From: Lama guanicoe
Lineage: Eukaryota
DNA: 64,000 bases
Assembly: GCA_013239625.1 (NCBI GenBank)
Contig: MU053513.1
Location: 1,972,927 to 2,036,926, forward strand
Reading direction: 5' to 3'
Shown piece by piece: positions 36,248-50,672 of this stretch. The translations under genes were made by a program, and so were the position numbers. Positions within the stretch are counted from its first letter, which is position 1; the number at the start of each line of letters is the position of its first letter. The notes beneath the pieces were generated by a model that searched no databases, was not told where the DNA came from, and saw nothing but the letters and a program-made list of their open reading frames with translations.

Positions 36248-37174
36248 CTGGAAAAGAAGTCACATATCAGACATCCATCCCAAGTCTGGTGCCTCGTGTT
36301 GGGCAGTAGGCACCATGGTGAGCAGGTCTCAGGGCTTCATTCACCAGCATGTACTGAGTACTTAGGATTTACCAGGAGCGCGTCGGGAGCTGCGGATACA
36401 GTGCAGAATGTGGCACAGAACTTGTGCTCAAAGAGCTTACTGTCCGTGAAGGGCAGTGAGTGTTTTAGGCAAACAACAGCTGTCACTCTAGGTGGCCTGG
36501 TGGGGAGGAGTTCAGGCTGATACAGGGGCACCAAGGAAGGGGTGCAAAATCTCATTTTGGTAGACATGCAGGTCAGAGAGGTTTCCTGAGGCACTGAATC
36601 CGCTCCTTTGTGGAGCAGGGACCACAGTGCCTGATACACTGTGAAGGCTCCACAAATATTAGCCGTTAGTTTTAAAACAAGTTGCTTTCATTTTCAAACA
36701 ATCACAAACATACAGAAGAGTTATGAGCACAAAGAACTTTCTGAAACGTTTGAGAATCAGATGCCAACCTGACGCCTCATCCCTACAGAGCACTTCAGTG
36801 TCCTTTCCTACAGACAGGGAACCAAGCACCACCTCCTACAGAACTGCGACGTCAGACCCCATTCACGGTTCAGTGGACTTGTCCCAGTGGTCCCAGTGAT
36901 GTCCTCTGAAGTCGTGGGTCAAGTTCAGAACCACGTCTTCAGTTGTCATGCCCTGATCTTTTTCCATATGGAACAGTTCCTCCGTGCTTCCTTGACACTT
37001 TTGAAGACTGTAAATATTTATTTCATAGAACGTCCCTCCATGTGAAATTTTTCTGTTGTTTTCTAGCTATTATTGTTGCTTATCTCCCATATTCCTCTGA
37101 TGAACATTACACCTTCGACTCTTTCCTTACCCCAAGTTCAACATGTTGCTAAGTTACAAGATTTTACATCTTAA

Positions 37175-37992
37175 TTAAAACTACAGTGAGGTATCACCTC
37201 ACACCAGTCAGAATGGTCATCATTCAAAAGTCCACAAATGACAAATGCTGGAGAGGCTGTGGAGAAAAGGGAACCCTCCTACACTGCTGGTGGGAATGCA
37301 GTTTGGTGCAGCCACTGTGGAAAACAGTATGGAGATTCCTCAAAAGACTAGGAATAGACTTACCATATGACCCAGGAATCCCGCTCCTGGGCATAGGTCC
37401 AGAAGGAAGCCTACTTCAAAATGACACCTGCACCCCAATGTTCATAGCAGCACTATTTACAATAGCCAAGACATGGCAATAGCCTAAATGTCCATCAACA
37501 GATGACTGGGTAAAGAAGATGTTGTATATTTATACAATGGAATACTATTCAGCCATAAAAACCAACAACATAACACCATTTGCAGCAACATGGATGCTCC
37601 TGGAGAATGTCATTCTAAGTGAAATAAGCCAGAAAGAGAAAGAAAAATACCATATGAGATTGCTCATATGCAGAAACTAAAAAAAAAAAAATAAAACAAA
37701 ACATAAATACAAAACAGAAACAGACTCATAGACATAGAATACAAACTTGCGGTTGCCAAGGGGGCAGGGGGTGGGAAGGGACAGACTGGGATTTCAAAAT
37801 GTAGAATAAATAGACAAGATTATACTGTATAGCACAGGGAAATACATACAAGATCATATGGTAGCTCACAGTGAAAAAAAAGTGACTGAATATATGTATG
37901 TTCATATATAACTGAAAAACTGTTCTCTACACTGGAATTTGACAGAACATTGTAAAATGACTATAACTCAAAAAAAAGTTAAAAAAATAAAT
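37175..37992 (+). mobile_element. Young 5'-truncated camelid L1 with exact TSD
   Basis: ORF2 C-terminal frame 37186-37482, 3' UTR and A-tail. aagattttacatcttaa is duplicated at 37158-37174 and 37993-38009. Confidence 0.95.
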
Positions 37993-40479
37993 AAGATTTT
38001 ACATCTTAAAAATACTAATAGATAACCTTTGTCAAGTACTTACTGTACCAGCTACTGTTCTAAGCATTTTGTGTGTATTAATTTTAAATCATCTTAAGAG
38101 AGGCAGACACTGGTATCATCCCCATTTTACAGATAGACGGGGAAGTGGAGGCACAGAGAAGTTAACTGCCTGAGTAAGCAAGTAGCACGTCTAGGATGTG
38201 CAGCCTGGACTCTGGCTCTCAGAGGTGGTTCCTCCTCTCTTCCCTGCTGTGCCCAGATTTACCTGCCACAGTCAGGTCCTCATGCTCTTGTATGACAGTC
38301 ACTTCCCCTCTGCGTGGGGCAACGTGTGAGGCTTTGGGGTCCAGCAGACCTGCTAGCAGAATGATTTGCCTGAGAAGCGTGTCACTTCCCAGCTGCAGAG
38401 CATTCAACGGCTTCCTATGCCCAACAGAAAAATTCCAAATCCTTAGAGTGGCATTTCAACCTTCCAGAATCTAGTTCCATTCAATCCTTCCAACTTAAAA
38501 AAAAATTTCTTGTCCTTGCCCAGCTTTGTATTTTGAGAGAAGTGCAGATTCACATGCATTTTAAAGAGTCGTACATAGAGATCCCACGTATCCTTTATCA
38601 GCTTTCCCTTGTGGTGACATCTTAACAAAAGTACTGCACAGGATCACCACCAGAATATGAGCACTGACGTAATAAAGACAGAGAACACTCCTGTCACCAC
38701 GAGAATCCCTCGAGTGGCCCTTTTACAGCCACACCCACTTCTCCCCTACACACCCAACTCTCCCTCCTTAGCCTCCGGCAACCTCTGGATCTGTAATTTT
38801 GTCATTTTGAGAAAAGTATATAAATGGAGTCATAGACATCAAGATATACTTTTCCAATGTGCTTCTGCTCTTCTGGGTCCTCAGCCTGGAAGGCTCTTGC
38901 ATCCTCCTCTAACAAGATCCTCTTCATCCCTCAGGCCCGGATCCAATCCTTCCTCCTCCCGGCAGGAGCTGGATCTGTCCGCCCGCCTAGGTTGGAGTGA
39001 GCGGTGGAAACAGGGCTTGGCTTGGATGCCCTCGGCCTGTCTGACACTCAGTCCAGGTCTCTGTCTAGACCTTCTGCCCCACAGCGCCCTGTACAGAGCA
39101 GGCGCTGCTTCATGCCTGGAGGTTTTCCCTACAAAAGAAAGTGTTTAACACTGAAGTGTTAACACGATTGAGGTTTTAGCACGGTAGTGAGAATTTACGA
39201 CTTGTTCTGTAATTTCCCTGGCTGGCCTCTCTCACAGTCAAAACCCCTTTCTCCCAACAATGGGCCCCCATCCCTCTGGAGGGGCAGGAGTTGTCCTCTC
39301 CCATTAGTCCAGGGGCTTCTCATTCCCTCCCCTATGCCTGGGCAGAAAATTCCAGGAAAGGCCCACATTTTCTGTCTTCCGCTCATCCATGCCAAATGGG
39401 GAGGGCACAGACCCCACCCCAGCAATGTCACCGATGGCCTCGATGCAGTCAGAAAACAGCAATTAGAGAGGCTCAAAACTGTAACGCAGACCACTTAGCA
39501 GGAGCGGCCGACTGCCAGCTAATGCTGTGTTTGCTCCAAGCACGATGACTCCTGTGTCCGGAGATAATGGAAATGGAGAGTGGGGACAAGGGAGAGCCAC
39601 TCAGAGGAGCAGTGCTTCCAGATTAAGAGGTCAGGGGAACAAAGGGCTGGACTCCTGCAGCAGCCACGAGGGCTTCTGCCGCCGGATTTACCTAGAAACT
39701 CTTTTCCCTGGAATGGCTGGAAGCCGGTCACGTGGGAAAGAAACTTGTAGCCTTGGCTTGTAAGGCAAAAATGCTGCGTTCCCTTTATTTTCTCCCTTCA
39801 GCATCCTACTAATATGACTATTACAGTTTCTGTTCCTCCAAAATGTTGTTTAATAAATCTCGACACAGAGGCAATTGAAAAGCTTCAGCTCAAATTAACA
39901 ACAGCTGTGTGTTCAACAGCAGCCGCTGCCCCAGTGAGAAACCTTTTGTGGGGGTGACAGCTGCAAATTCTTAACATTCTTTGGGCAAGTGGTGCAGGCT
40001 CGGTGGAATTTTAAGTAATCGACACAATGGCTGGATTCTTCCCGCGGCTCCAAACCGGAGAACAAAGTGATTACTCTCACCCCCGTGAGGGCGCAGAACT
40101 TGCTCGTAGATGTATGAATTTTCATACACTGTCATGTACTAGTCTTTGAGGCCTTAATTTATGACTTTTAAATAAAAAACAGTGGCGCCCTGATATCCTT
40201 CCAGGATAATTTGTTACACCGGAAAAAAGTCTTTCGGGGTGTCACGTATCCAAATGAGTAGGCACTGTTCTTCGGTGACAAGATGACTAACAGAAGACGA
40301 GGAGCTGTCACAGTTACCGCCATCTCGCCGATTCTTCCTGTACCATTACTCAAGGCTCAACCTCCTGGACAAACCCATACACCATCCCGCATGGTGTGAT
40401 TCACAAAGAGAGCCTAGGCTATGAGGTTCCATTTTGAAAGGGTCTGTGAACACTTAAAAAAAAAAAGGTTAAAAAAACC

Positions 40480-41311
40480 CTTTATTGTCAACCCTCCAAT
40501 GTAATTTAAAATTTTTAGTGGTAGAGCCAGGCTTTAATTCCCGTCCCACCCCAGCCTCAGTGTTCCCCTCACCTCTTCAGCACCAATGACCTTCACCTCT
40601 AACCCAAATTTCACTCCCTATCGATCTGGCTGATCCTGAGAGTTCGTCACTGCTTGGGTCTATCCTCCCACCCTGATCACGTCTTCCTCTCCCTGTCTCT
40701 CTTCCCTTGACCTCACTTCTTCTCACCTCGTTCTCTGTTCTCACCATGACCTCACTGAGTTGGTCCATTCCCTTTAGGCTCCACTCGCCTCCACGACCAG
40801 CTGGACAGCAGGCCCTTTCTAGTAACTCTGGACCCTTTGCACCCTCTGAACTCGACTGTGCTCACCACAGGAACCACCAGCCTGCTCTCTCTGCCCACCC
40901 CACCATTTGCTCGATTTGCATCTACTCTGGGCGGCTAAGAATTCCTTGAGAAGGTCAGAAAACCGAGCCGGCAGAGTCACGCTTTCTAACTTCACAATTG
41001 CTTTTAATGCTTCTTGGCAGATACACAGTCCTCTTTAGCTGACACCAAATTCGATGTCCATGGATGGATTCTAATATATTTCGCCATTGTTCTTAAATTC
41101 CCAATATGCTCTTATTGTTCTCACTTGTAACAGCCATTAAAATAAGATGAAGATTATCTTTCAAAACATGTGTATCTTCCGTTTGCCCTCCATCTCTCCT
41201 TTTTCTTATCTGGAAGACATTGTACGACTCTTCAGACTAAGGCTAACTTCTCTGCTTTGGCTCTTGTAGCACCTTGGCATTTTCCTGCACAGCATTTTTC
41301 ACAGAATATAG

Positions 41312-41352
<41 letters not shown>

Positions 41353-41975
41353 ATCTAGTATCTCTGGCACCTATCATACCTATCTATCATCTACAGTTTA
41401 CTTAAAGTCTGTCTTCCATGTCAGACTCTGCAGGATATGGGTAGGCTTTGCTTACCACAGTGTCCAAACATTGTGCCAGGAACACGGAAGACAATTCCTA
41501 GTAGTGGCTGAAATAGTACATAAATGGTGAGTGGGTCTTCTCCTCCTGCCTGCTCCCAAAACTCAATCCTCTTTTTCTTGTCTACATTTATTCCTCTCTG
41601 TTGGCACCATCTCTTCTGTAAACAACGTGTTTAGTTCTTCCCAATCCAAATAAAAATATTTTCACCATTGTCTGCATCCTCTAGTAATCTTTACATTCTT
41701 TCCCTTTTTTTGTGGCCTAAAACTGCCTGTTTCCATTTCCTTCTCTTTTACTGATTCCCCATCCTCTTGCAAGCTCCCTCCTACCCTCCTCTCTGAAATT
41801 GATCTTTTAAAGTTCAGCAGTAATTGCATAATTGTCATATTACTCGATGACCTTCTTCTAGTCTTTACTGTCTTTGACTTTTTAGTAGCATTTAACACCA
41901 CTGACAAACATCTTGAAATTCTCTCTTGCCCTGGCTTCCAGGACATATAATTTGCCCGTGAATTCTGCCTCCCTT
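40480..41975 (+). mobile_element. Long L2 LINE remnant (ORF2 region)
   Basis: CT-rich L2-type composition; degenerate RT motif tctttgactttttagtagcatttaacaccactgac...cttgaaattctctcttgccctggcttccaggac (L2 DLSAAFDTVDH...LETLSSLGF). Confidence 0.65.
41314..41352. repeat. (TCTA)n tetranucleotide microsatellite
   Basis: About 9 uninterrupted tatc units. Confidence 0.95.
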
Positions 41976-43279
41976 TGCCAGGCAGAAGCTCACAGGCAGT
42001 GGAAAATGCTTTATTACGGTTGGTATTCCCGCAGAACCTTGCAAAGTATCACAGGCAGTTGTTGAATAGAGCCAATGTCTAGGAGCTTGGTGGCCCCACA
42101 AAAGTGACAACTATATTCCCTTTCACATCACAGGAGCCCCGGACCCAAGGACTTGAGCCCTAGGTCCGCGCCCTAGACCTTTATCTGGTTAGATGACTTT
42201 GATGGAGTCACTTATCCTCTCTGAGCTTCAACCTCTTCAATGACAAAACAGGGAAGATTATAGTGCCTACTGGCTGTGAGGACAAAATGTGATAATAGAT
42301 ATAAACTGCCTGGAACAGTAGCTGGCACGGCCAAGCACTCAATAAGCATCATGACTGTTATCTGTAAATGAGGCAGCCAGTGTTAGCGATGCTTAGAAGT
42401 CCTCCCAGCTCTGACATTCTGTGCTTTTACAAAGATTAGCTGCAGCATTTTTACATTTGGGGGATATTTTAACATCTTTAAAGATGGATAGTCTTCACAG
42501 CAATAGCCTGCAAAGGTGTCAAATATCTTTTGCAAATTCAACTATCCTATTTTTAGATACTCCTCAGAGTTGCTTAAAAATCTATCCGATTTCTACCTCT
42601 TGAAATGTTTCTTTCTCTCTAAATGAAAATGGGCTTTAGGTTGGGTTCCGGTTTTTGTAAGTGGATGATTCCTTTCAGGAAAAAAGCTCTTGTGCCATCA
42701 TATCTGAACTGACTGTGCCCTCGGAATGGTCCTCAACCACTGTGGCCCATGACTCACTTGAAACATCCTGCGTCTGGGATGAGCTGTATCACCATGCTGA
42801 GTTCCAGCAGGCTGCTGCTGGGAACTGGCTTTCTGTCCAGAAATAATGCAGAAAAGTAGACCTTTATCCTCAAAGACAATATCTCTATTAGTTCTGAAAC
42901 ACACTGCTGCTTCAGGTTACCTGCTGAATAGAATGAAATATGCTAGTCACAGGGTCAGCTGAAGGTTATGTGAAAGAATTTCATACAGGACTGGAAAACT
43001 TCTGGATAGCAGGGACTTATTTATCAGTACCTGGAATATAGTAGGCACTCAACAGTTACTAGATCAATTAATGAATAACTGAAAGAATGACTGGATGGCG
43101 AATGATCTGGGAACTGCAGGGAGGCAGCCCTGCACATAACATTGGGAGATTGGAGACCTTGGTTCTAGACCATTCCTGCTTTGAACTAGCTGAGTGATCT
43201 GGGAGAATCACCCTGCCTCTTCGGATGCTAGCCTCCTTGTCTGTAAATCCAATAGTCTCGGTTAGATTAGTGGTTTCCT

Positions 43280-43730
43280 GTGTTATTTTATGTTACTTTT
43301 CCTAAATATTCCAGCTTCCCTTCCATAGTCCTTCTCCCTGAGAGAGGATTATTCATCTTCACCTTTTTGAACTTAAAAGTCTGTAAGTGACTTGCTTTGG
43401 CCAATGAAATGTGGGCAGAGGTGGATGTGTATTACATTTAGGTAGACGTTTTTATAGTTAATGTGTGGTTTCCTGTGTCTCTTTTCTCTTTGTCATGATA
43501 CTAGCAGTATTTCAGATAGGAGGGGCTCAATCAGCATGGTTACCAGGGTGAAACCCAGTCAAATGTTAATGAACACGTAGCATTAGTCCGGAACAAGAAT
43601 AAGAAGAGAAGGAGGAGGTAGAGGAAGAAGAAGAAAAAGAAGGAGCATCTTTGTTGGTCTATATCACAAAGATTTTTAGGAGGGCTTACTTGTTACTACA
43701 GGATAGCCTAGCTTCTTCTGACTGATACAT
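43280..43730. mobile_element. MaLR (MLT1-type) LTR remnant
   Basis: gtgacttgctttggccaatgaaatgtgggcagagg...tgttactacaggatagcctagc...tgactgataca. Confidence 0.65.
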
Positions 43731-46573
43731 TCCCAGTGTATCAGCGTATCATTCCCAGTATAAATTAACTGTGTATCAGAATCACCTGGGGAGGGTGAAA
43801 AATTCCTGAATCAGTAGATCTCTGAACCTCTGTGGTTTAGGCCTTGGAATTTATAGTTTTAGAAACTTTCCTAGGGAAAGTACACAGATATCTGCAATTG
43901 ACTTCAAAATGGGTCAGGAAAAAAGAGATATTGATGGATGGGTAAAGGGATGGGTAGAGGGACAGATATGTGATAAAACAAGTTATTGTAGTCACTGGTA
44001 GAATCTAGATGGTGGGTTGACAGTGTTCAGTATAAAATTCTTTCAGCTGTACTGAATGTTTGAAATATTTTCACAATAAATAAAGATCTTTAAAAAAATT
44101 CCCCAGGTGATTCTGACAGTTAGCCTGATTTGGAACTTCTAGACTAGATAACCTAAGGAAGGCAATCTGCTATGAATACCCCAGTGGTCAGCAGGGAGTC
44201 TGTGGTGTAGATCTTTCTTTTAATATTTACAGTGTAATAATGCTGAGATAATGGCTCTATCATGAGCAAATACTGATTATAATGGTTAATAAAAAACCCT
44301 CATTGCTTTATCAAATACGGGGCTGTCCTTCTGTTGCAGATAACGGGGAACCTTCTGTTTTCTCAGCATCAAGCCAGAGATGATGCAAGGGGGACTGTGG
44401 CCTACTTTACCAATGGCATGGTTCAGAGACAAGTATGAGAAGTCATTGCAGACCGTGCAGATAAAGTTATCTGGTTCACAATGCCTTTGGCTTGATGTTT
44501 GACCCTAACAAGTATCTGTACTATGTGTTTTATTTGTAATAATTCATTTTTAATCCTTACAACAACTATGTGAAGTGGGTGCTATTTGTAACTCCATTAT
44601 GCAGATGAAAACATTGTGCCCGAAGGCCACCTGGACGTTGGTAACCACTAAGACCTACAGCCTCTCCTGTGGAAGGCCCTTCTGGAAATCAGACCCATCT
44701 GCTGCTCAGAAAAGCGCTGCCCAGTCTTTTCAGTCAGTCAGAATGGTCACCGGGAGCTGGGCTTCCATCACGGTCCCACAGGGTTGCCAGACGACACACA
44801 AGTGTCCAGTCAGACGGTGCATGAGACACACCTACATTAAACACTGCCATTGTATATCCAAAATCCAAATTTAATTAAGTGCCTAACATTTCTGTTAAAT
44901 CTGGCAAGACTATCAGGCCCCACCACTTATTCGGAGACTTTTGGGAGAAATGATTTTCTCTCTGTTCTGACAACTCTTAATAGTCTGCGATTCTGTGATT
45001 CATTCAGCTAAAACCCATGGCAGCCATAGTGAGACATGTGGAACATCTAAACAAGGCAAGACTCAAACTGGATTCCACGACTCTAGCTCCTACACAGATG
45101 GAAGATGAGGAAGGTTCAGGTCATAGGTGAGAGGAAATCGCAGGCACCAGGTGCCGACTCCTAAACATTTCCACCCATGATGCTCCTACAGCTCATGCCA
45201 CCCGAACCCCGTCTCATCCCACCAAGGACAGAGACAAAATCTCCAAACTGCTAGCAAGCAAATGTCACTAAATAACCTGTCCTTTGTTTCTTCAGCCAGC
45301 GGTCTCCAGAGTCTGTTTCAGACGTAACCCACCCAGCTTACGGACTGCAGCCTTCGAAAAGTTGCTTTCTCAGACTCTCCTGGTGTGGGTCTCTGAACTC
45401 TTGGACTTCATTCTTCTAGAGGGCTCTTTCTCCTCCAAATTCTTCTTAAACTTGTCAAGCCACCTTTTTTCCTATTTGGTAGCCCCTTCACACTATGATC
45501 TTAGGTGTGCGTTAGATGAATTTAATAACTTAGCTATTTATAAACTTAGCTCCTTTTTTCTGCTTTCTTCCTTCTTTTATAGAAAATAGTTTTTCTCGAC
45601 TGTACAGGAAATATAGGCTCCTTCTTGAAGATTTAGATAACTCAGAAAAGTGAAAAGAAGGGAGATCTCCCATGGTCCTACTCCCCAAGTGTAACCGCCA
45701 AAAATACATTTTGTTTTGTTTCTTTGCAACTTTTTTCCTACATGGTGATTTTCCGGTTTGATTTTCACTGGGAATCCATCTGCTCTGATATTTCTCCTTT
45801 TGGGACTTTTGTATTCTCATCTGAAAATGAGCTTGTTGGACTAGATAAATTCCCAGGTCATTTCCAGTGCTACCATTCTGTTTTTGTCTGTGTCAGAGAA
45901 CTTGGAGAATACTTGTGCTTGCAGTCTATTTTTGTACTGTAAAAGGATGTAAGGATATTTAAGACACGTAGGGGCATTCGTGTGGGTGTTAGTTGGGTTA
46001 CATCTGGGGTTTTGTATTCAATTTTGGGCCATACCATGGACACTGGAAGTCTTACAGGCTGTGATGAGAATATAAAATTGGTACACTCTTTCTGAAGGGC
46101 AATTTAGTAATATAAGTGAAAAGTCTAAAGTTTTGGATTTATCCTAAGGGGGAAAATTATGGTTTGGTTACACAGATATTCATGATTGCATTTTTAATGA
46201 AAGCAAAAAATTTAGGTAAAATGCATGACCGTAGGAATAAACTGAATAAATTATAATATAGCAATACAAAGGAATAGTATGCAGTCATTAAAATGATGCA
46301 TTGAAAGAAGTCAGATACAAATGAATACAAACAGTATGATTCCATTTAGATAAAGTTCAAAAATATCTATGGCATTCCCTGCAGGGGGCAGTGAATAGAA
46401 CGGGACATGGAGACTTCTGGGATTCTGGTTATGGTCAACTTCTTGATCTGCATATTGGTGAGATGAGTATGTCCACTTAGTGAAAATTCATCAAGCTAAA
46501 CACTTATGATCTGAGTGCTTTTCTGTTTTGTTTCAGTTCAGTTACAAAAGAGCTTTTATAAATGAAATGAGGT

Positions 46574-46720
46574 GGGGAGGCTATAGCTCAGTGGTAGAGT
46601 GAGTGCTTAGCATGCAAGAGGTCCTAAGTTCAATCCCTAGTACCTCCATTAATAAATAAACAAACAAAAAAAACCCTCATTTCTTCCCTGTGCCCAAAAA
46701 AGGCAAAACAAACAAAAAAA
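46574..46720 (+). mobile_element. Vic-1-type camelid SINE
   Basis: ggggaggctatagctcagtggtagagtgagtgcttagcatgcaagaggtcctaagttcaatccctagtacctcca plus an A-rich tail. Confidence 0.88.
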
Positions 46721-47254
46721 TTTTTTAAAATAAAATATTATATTCAAAATTTTACAGGTTTGGAAAGATGCCCATCATATCTTGTTAAGGATAGAAAGTA
46801 GGTTTCTCATATTGATAAAAAAATGTATATTTAAAAAATATACACATAGAAGGAAATCTAAGAGAAATATAAATCAAAATCTTAACAGTGTGCATGCCCA
46901 GGCTTTGGGATTTTATGTGATTTATTGTTGTTGATACATGTTTTCTAGGATGAAGATGTATTATTTTGTAAAAAGAAAAATCTTTAAATTAAAAAAAAAA
47001 TTCTGGCTAACATGTTGTAGGAGAAATTTTGGCTACATGTGTCCAAAGAGACATGAGGGAGTGGGAAATAATCAAAGTAGAATTTATTCATTTATACCAT
47101 AAGTAAATATGAAGAATCCATGAGTGAGGCGGTGTATTTCAGTCCTGAGGACACAAGGAGAAGACAGCGCCACACGCTCGAGGAGCTTTCAGCCTGTAGG
47201 GTAACAGAGGAGGCTGATGTTCTGAATCAGACGAAGACGTGACTCACAGGGAAG

Positions 47255-47440
47255 TTACACGTCTTCAAATATGTGAATGGCTGCGATGATGGAGAGGAAG
47301 CTGATTTGTTCTGTGTTGCTCTGCAGGGCAAGACTGGGCAAAATAGCAGAAGTTTCGACTGAGCAGGTTTTAGCTGAGTCGTGGGAAGACCTTCCTAAGG
47401 ACGGCAGTCGTCCAACAGAAGGAGACCCTCCCACCTGCAG
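47255..47440 (+). mobile_element. L3/CR1 LINE 3' fragment
   Basis: gtcttcaaatatgtgaatggctg...gatttgttctgtgttgctctgcagggcaagact resembles the CR1/L3 ORF2 end. Confidence 0.55.
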
Positions 47441-47629
47441 GGGAGACCAAGCAGATGCAGCCAGTGCGCCCCGCTGGGGCTCCAGGCCAGGGCAGTGCCT
47501 TCCAGTGATGTGGTGCAGTGCTGGGGTTAACGTTTTAATTCAGGCTTCTTCCTTCTTTGGAGAGGACTTGAAAACAAAGGCTCTAACCAGTTGGTTTGCT
47601 TGGTCTGAGACATTGCAAATGCAAACCTT

Positions 47630-47940
47630 TTCTTTTTTAATTCCTATTTTTTTAAATTGAAATGTAGTCAATTTACAATGTTAGTTTTAGGTGTACCGTA
47701 AAGCGTTTCAGTTATACATACATATATGTATATATATATTTCAGTTTCTTTTCCATTACAGCTCATTACAAGAGATTGAATATGGTTCCCTGTGCTATAC
47801 AGGACGTCCTTGTTGTTTATCTGTTTTATATGCAGTAATGTGTATCTATTAATCCCAAACTCCTAATCTACCCCTCCCCCCACCTTTCACCCGGTAACCA
47901 CAGTTTGTTATCTATGTCTGTGAGTCTATTTCTGGACAAA
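47630..47940 (-). mobile_element. Artiodactyl L1 3' end
   Basis: ttgaaatgtagtcaatttacaatgttagtt...ccacagtttgttatctatgtctgtgagtct. Confidence 0.8.
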
Positions 47941-50534
47941 CTTTTTCTGAGTTTGTATCGTCCCACCCCCATTTCCCCTGAGAACATTAAAAAAAAAACC
48001 TGTAAAACTAGAAGGTAAATATGAGAAATATGGGCAGATTCATCAAGGGAAGTTCTTCCCTCCTGGTGCTTCCTGGTCTGTTTACCAGTCCTGGACTGGT
48101 CCTTGCTCAGCATCACTTTTATCACATCATTCCTCAGTACCCAGAGCTTCCATGATTGGGCCCATCTCCTTTCTGTACTGGACCAGGAGGGGCATACTCC
48201 TACTGCTGTGATTTGTTCCTTACTCAAAATCTCCCTCCTTGGACCTCCTCTCTTTCCAGTCCTCAACTTTAGGGGACCCCCATCTGTTCTCCGAGGCTCC
48301 CTTTGCTTCTCAGCTTCTCCAGGCAGGGGCTCCTGACCATTCAGCCATTGTGCTTTCTTTGCCTCTCCTCCCTGCTAACACTCCCTGAGTGTCTCCTTTG
48401 TCTATACTGCTCTGTATTGGTTCTAAAGTTTTCACAAGGATAAATTCCTGCTTCATCAGATAGATCATAAGCTCCTTGAGGAATGGTGACATTAAAAATT
48501 AAAAAAAAATGCTGCCTTGTATTTACTGTAGTAACAATGCATAATTCAGATTTTTTTTTGCTCTTCTATCTTTAATGATGACTTAGTGACCCATGAACTC
48601 CAGTCCATACTCCCTTTTTGAAGGCTGGTTACACTCGGAATCGCTACCACCACTGGAATGATTTACTAGCTGTTTGGTTTTTTTTTGTATTTTGCTTCCT
48701 GGCATCTATGCTAGTTACAGCGCAGTGACTGGAACTTGATTCTGATATAGGAACTGCATGCTAGCTTACTGAGCAAAGGCCATGCTTGTTTCTGTTTTTG
48801 TTTGGTGGGAAGGGGCCAGGAAGACTAAGTGAAGACTCCACATTGCTCTTTCAGGGCCCATCCAGAGGAAGAGTCTTTTAGTTACGATTGACTTTTAAAA
48901 GTGGCCAAGTATTATAATTGTGCTTCAAACCTCCACTCTCATCATCATGACTCTGAGATGGTTACAGATAAAAGACAAGTTAATATGGTTATGTCTGACA
49001 ATGCATCTTTACTTACCACAACTGAGCTTGGGGGACATGGCAACAGTAACTTTATCTGAGCTCTCATCATCTTGCTTTCTTATTTATTCATTCATTCAGA
49101 TCAAAGACATACACTGAAGCTTACGAAGTGCCAGGTTTCTCACCATTTAACACTCTCTTCCTTTCTCAACAACAGACGTTGGAACGAGGGGCAGTTTCAG
49201 GGGCTTCCCTGAACAGCTCCAAGCAGACCACGCTTCCAAGAAAAACACGGCTGTGCTCTGTGCACTGCTCTGCCCACGCCGTCTTCCCACCCATTTGCTA
49301 CAGGAGCCAGTCCAAGCAGGGAGATGTGTAACTGGACTGAATAGATTCTTCCTTTTAAACTGAGGTTGTCGGGCTGGTGTGGGGATAGGTAGGTGTGTGG
49401 CACTAACACAGTGATCAACGTTCTGGTGGAAGACGTTCCTCGAGGCATGGTAGAACCACGAGGAACGCCGCCTTCAGAGTCAGTGCCCCAGCTGGGTCAC
49501 AGGAGCCTGTCACGTTAAAGTACAATAGCTGCATCCGGTGGCAACAGGAGAACGGGTCTCTCATGGCTTTGACCATCTGATGGTTTAAATATACCTTGCC
49601 TATAGCTAAGATGCTCCGAGACTCTTGGTTCTGGAGCCTAGAGCAAAATGAGAGGGAAATACTGTGGAATGCTACATTGAGGCAGGCTGAAGCAGCCACT
49701 GAACCCCTAATCACTGGCTTGTTATTTTTCGCGTCCTTCCTCAAGGCTAAATATGATCTCCTGCTGCAAAACCTGGGCTGCGTGGGTGTGGACAACTGCA
49801 CGGATGTGTCCACAAGGGGAATGGCCGTCGACAGGCAGGTTTAAGCCAAATGCCTAAGAGATATTTTCTCACTTCAGCTCGCCCTGATCCCAGCCAACCC
49901 CACCCGTTGTAGGCGAAACCCATTCAGCAGATCGGTCCCCGAGGGAGTGTTTAATTTGAACAAATGACACCAGAAAAAGAATCAGGACCTTACCCAACCT
50001 CTCCTGACCTCTGTCATGGCCCCCTTATCTTGTAGGTGTCCTTTCCTCGTTCCAGTTCACTTCTGATCGCATCTTTGTCCCTCGTTTATTGGTTTGTTCC
50101 TTCTCTTATTGGTCGTCTCCCTCACTCAGCGTATAATAGTTATAATGAAAGCTAGTGCTTGTTAAGGATTTACTAAGAGCACTGTGACATGTGTTAACTC
50201 ATTCATCCTCACTTCAACCCTATGACCTTGGTCCTGTCATTGCTTCCACAACCCAGGTAAGGAAACTGAGGACGAGTGGGTGTAAGGATGCTGCCTGAGG
50301 TCATGTGGCCAGGACATGGGGGAGCTGGGTTTTGAACTCAAGTAGTTCATGCTCTTAAACCAGACTCTGTACTGCCTCTCTGCTTATACTCATGTGCTTA
50401 ACTCTCCTGTATTTTAAAAAATATTCCACTCTTGAGCTTCCTTTCCCTTTAGATATTGCCCCAAGTCTTCCTTTTTTCTCAGAGTCAAATTTCTTGAAAG
50501 TGTATTTTGAATACATCCTCATTTCCTTACCTTT

Positions 50535-50672
50535 AAAAAAAATTTTTTTTGGGGTGGGGAGAGGTAATGAGGTTTATTTATTTATTTAACGGAGGTACCA
50601 GGGATTGAACCCAGAACCTCGTGCATGCCAAGCATATGCTCTACCACTGAGCAACAACCTAGCCCCTCCTTA
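50535..50672 (-). mobile_element. Vic-1-type camelid SINE
   Basis: ggaggtaccagggattgaacccagaacctcgtgcatgccaagcatatgctctaccactgagc, the reverse of the SINE head. Confidence 0.85.

Noticed and set aside
33692..36263. ORFs 33692-34093 and 35835-36263 as stand-alone adenylate kinase genes or pseudogenes
   Set aside because: AK similarity stops exactly at GT donors; these are AK5 exons with intronic read-through.
39146..39163. Hairpin ttaacact-ga-agtgttaa
   Set aside because: Short AT-rich stem; not long enough for a miRNA precursor or MITE and expected by chance.
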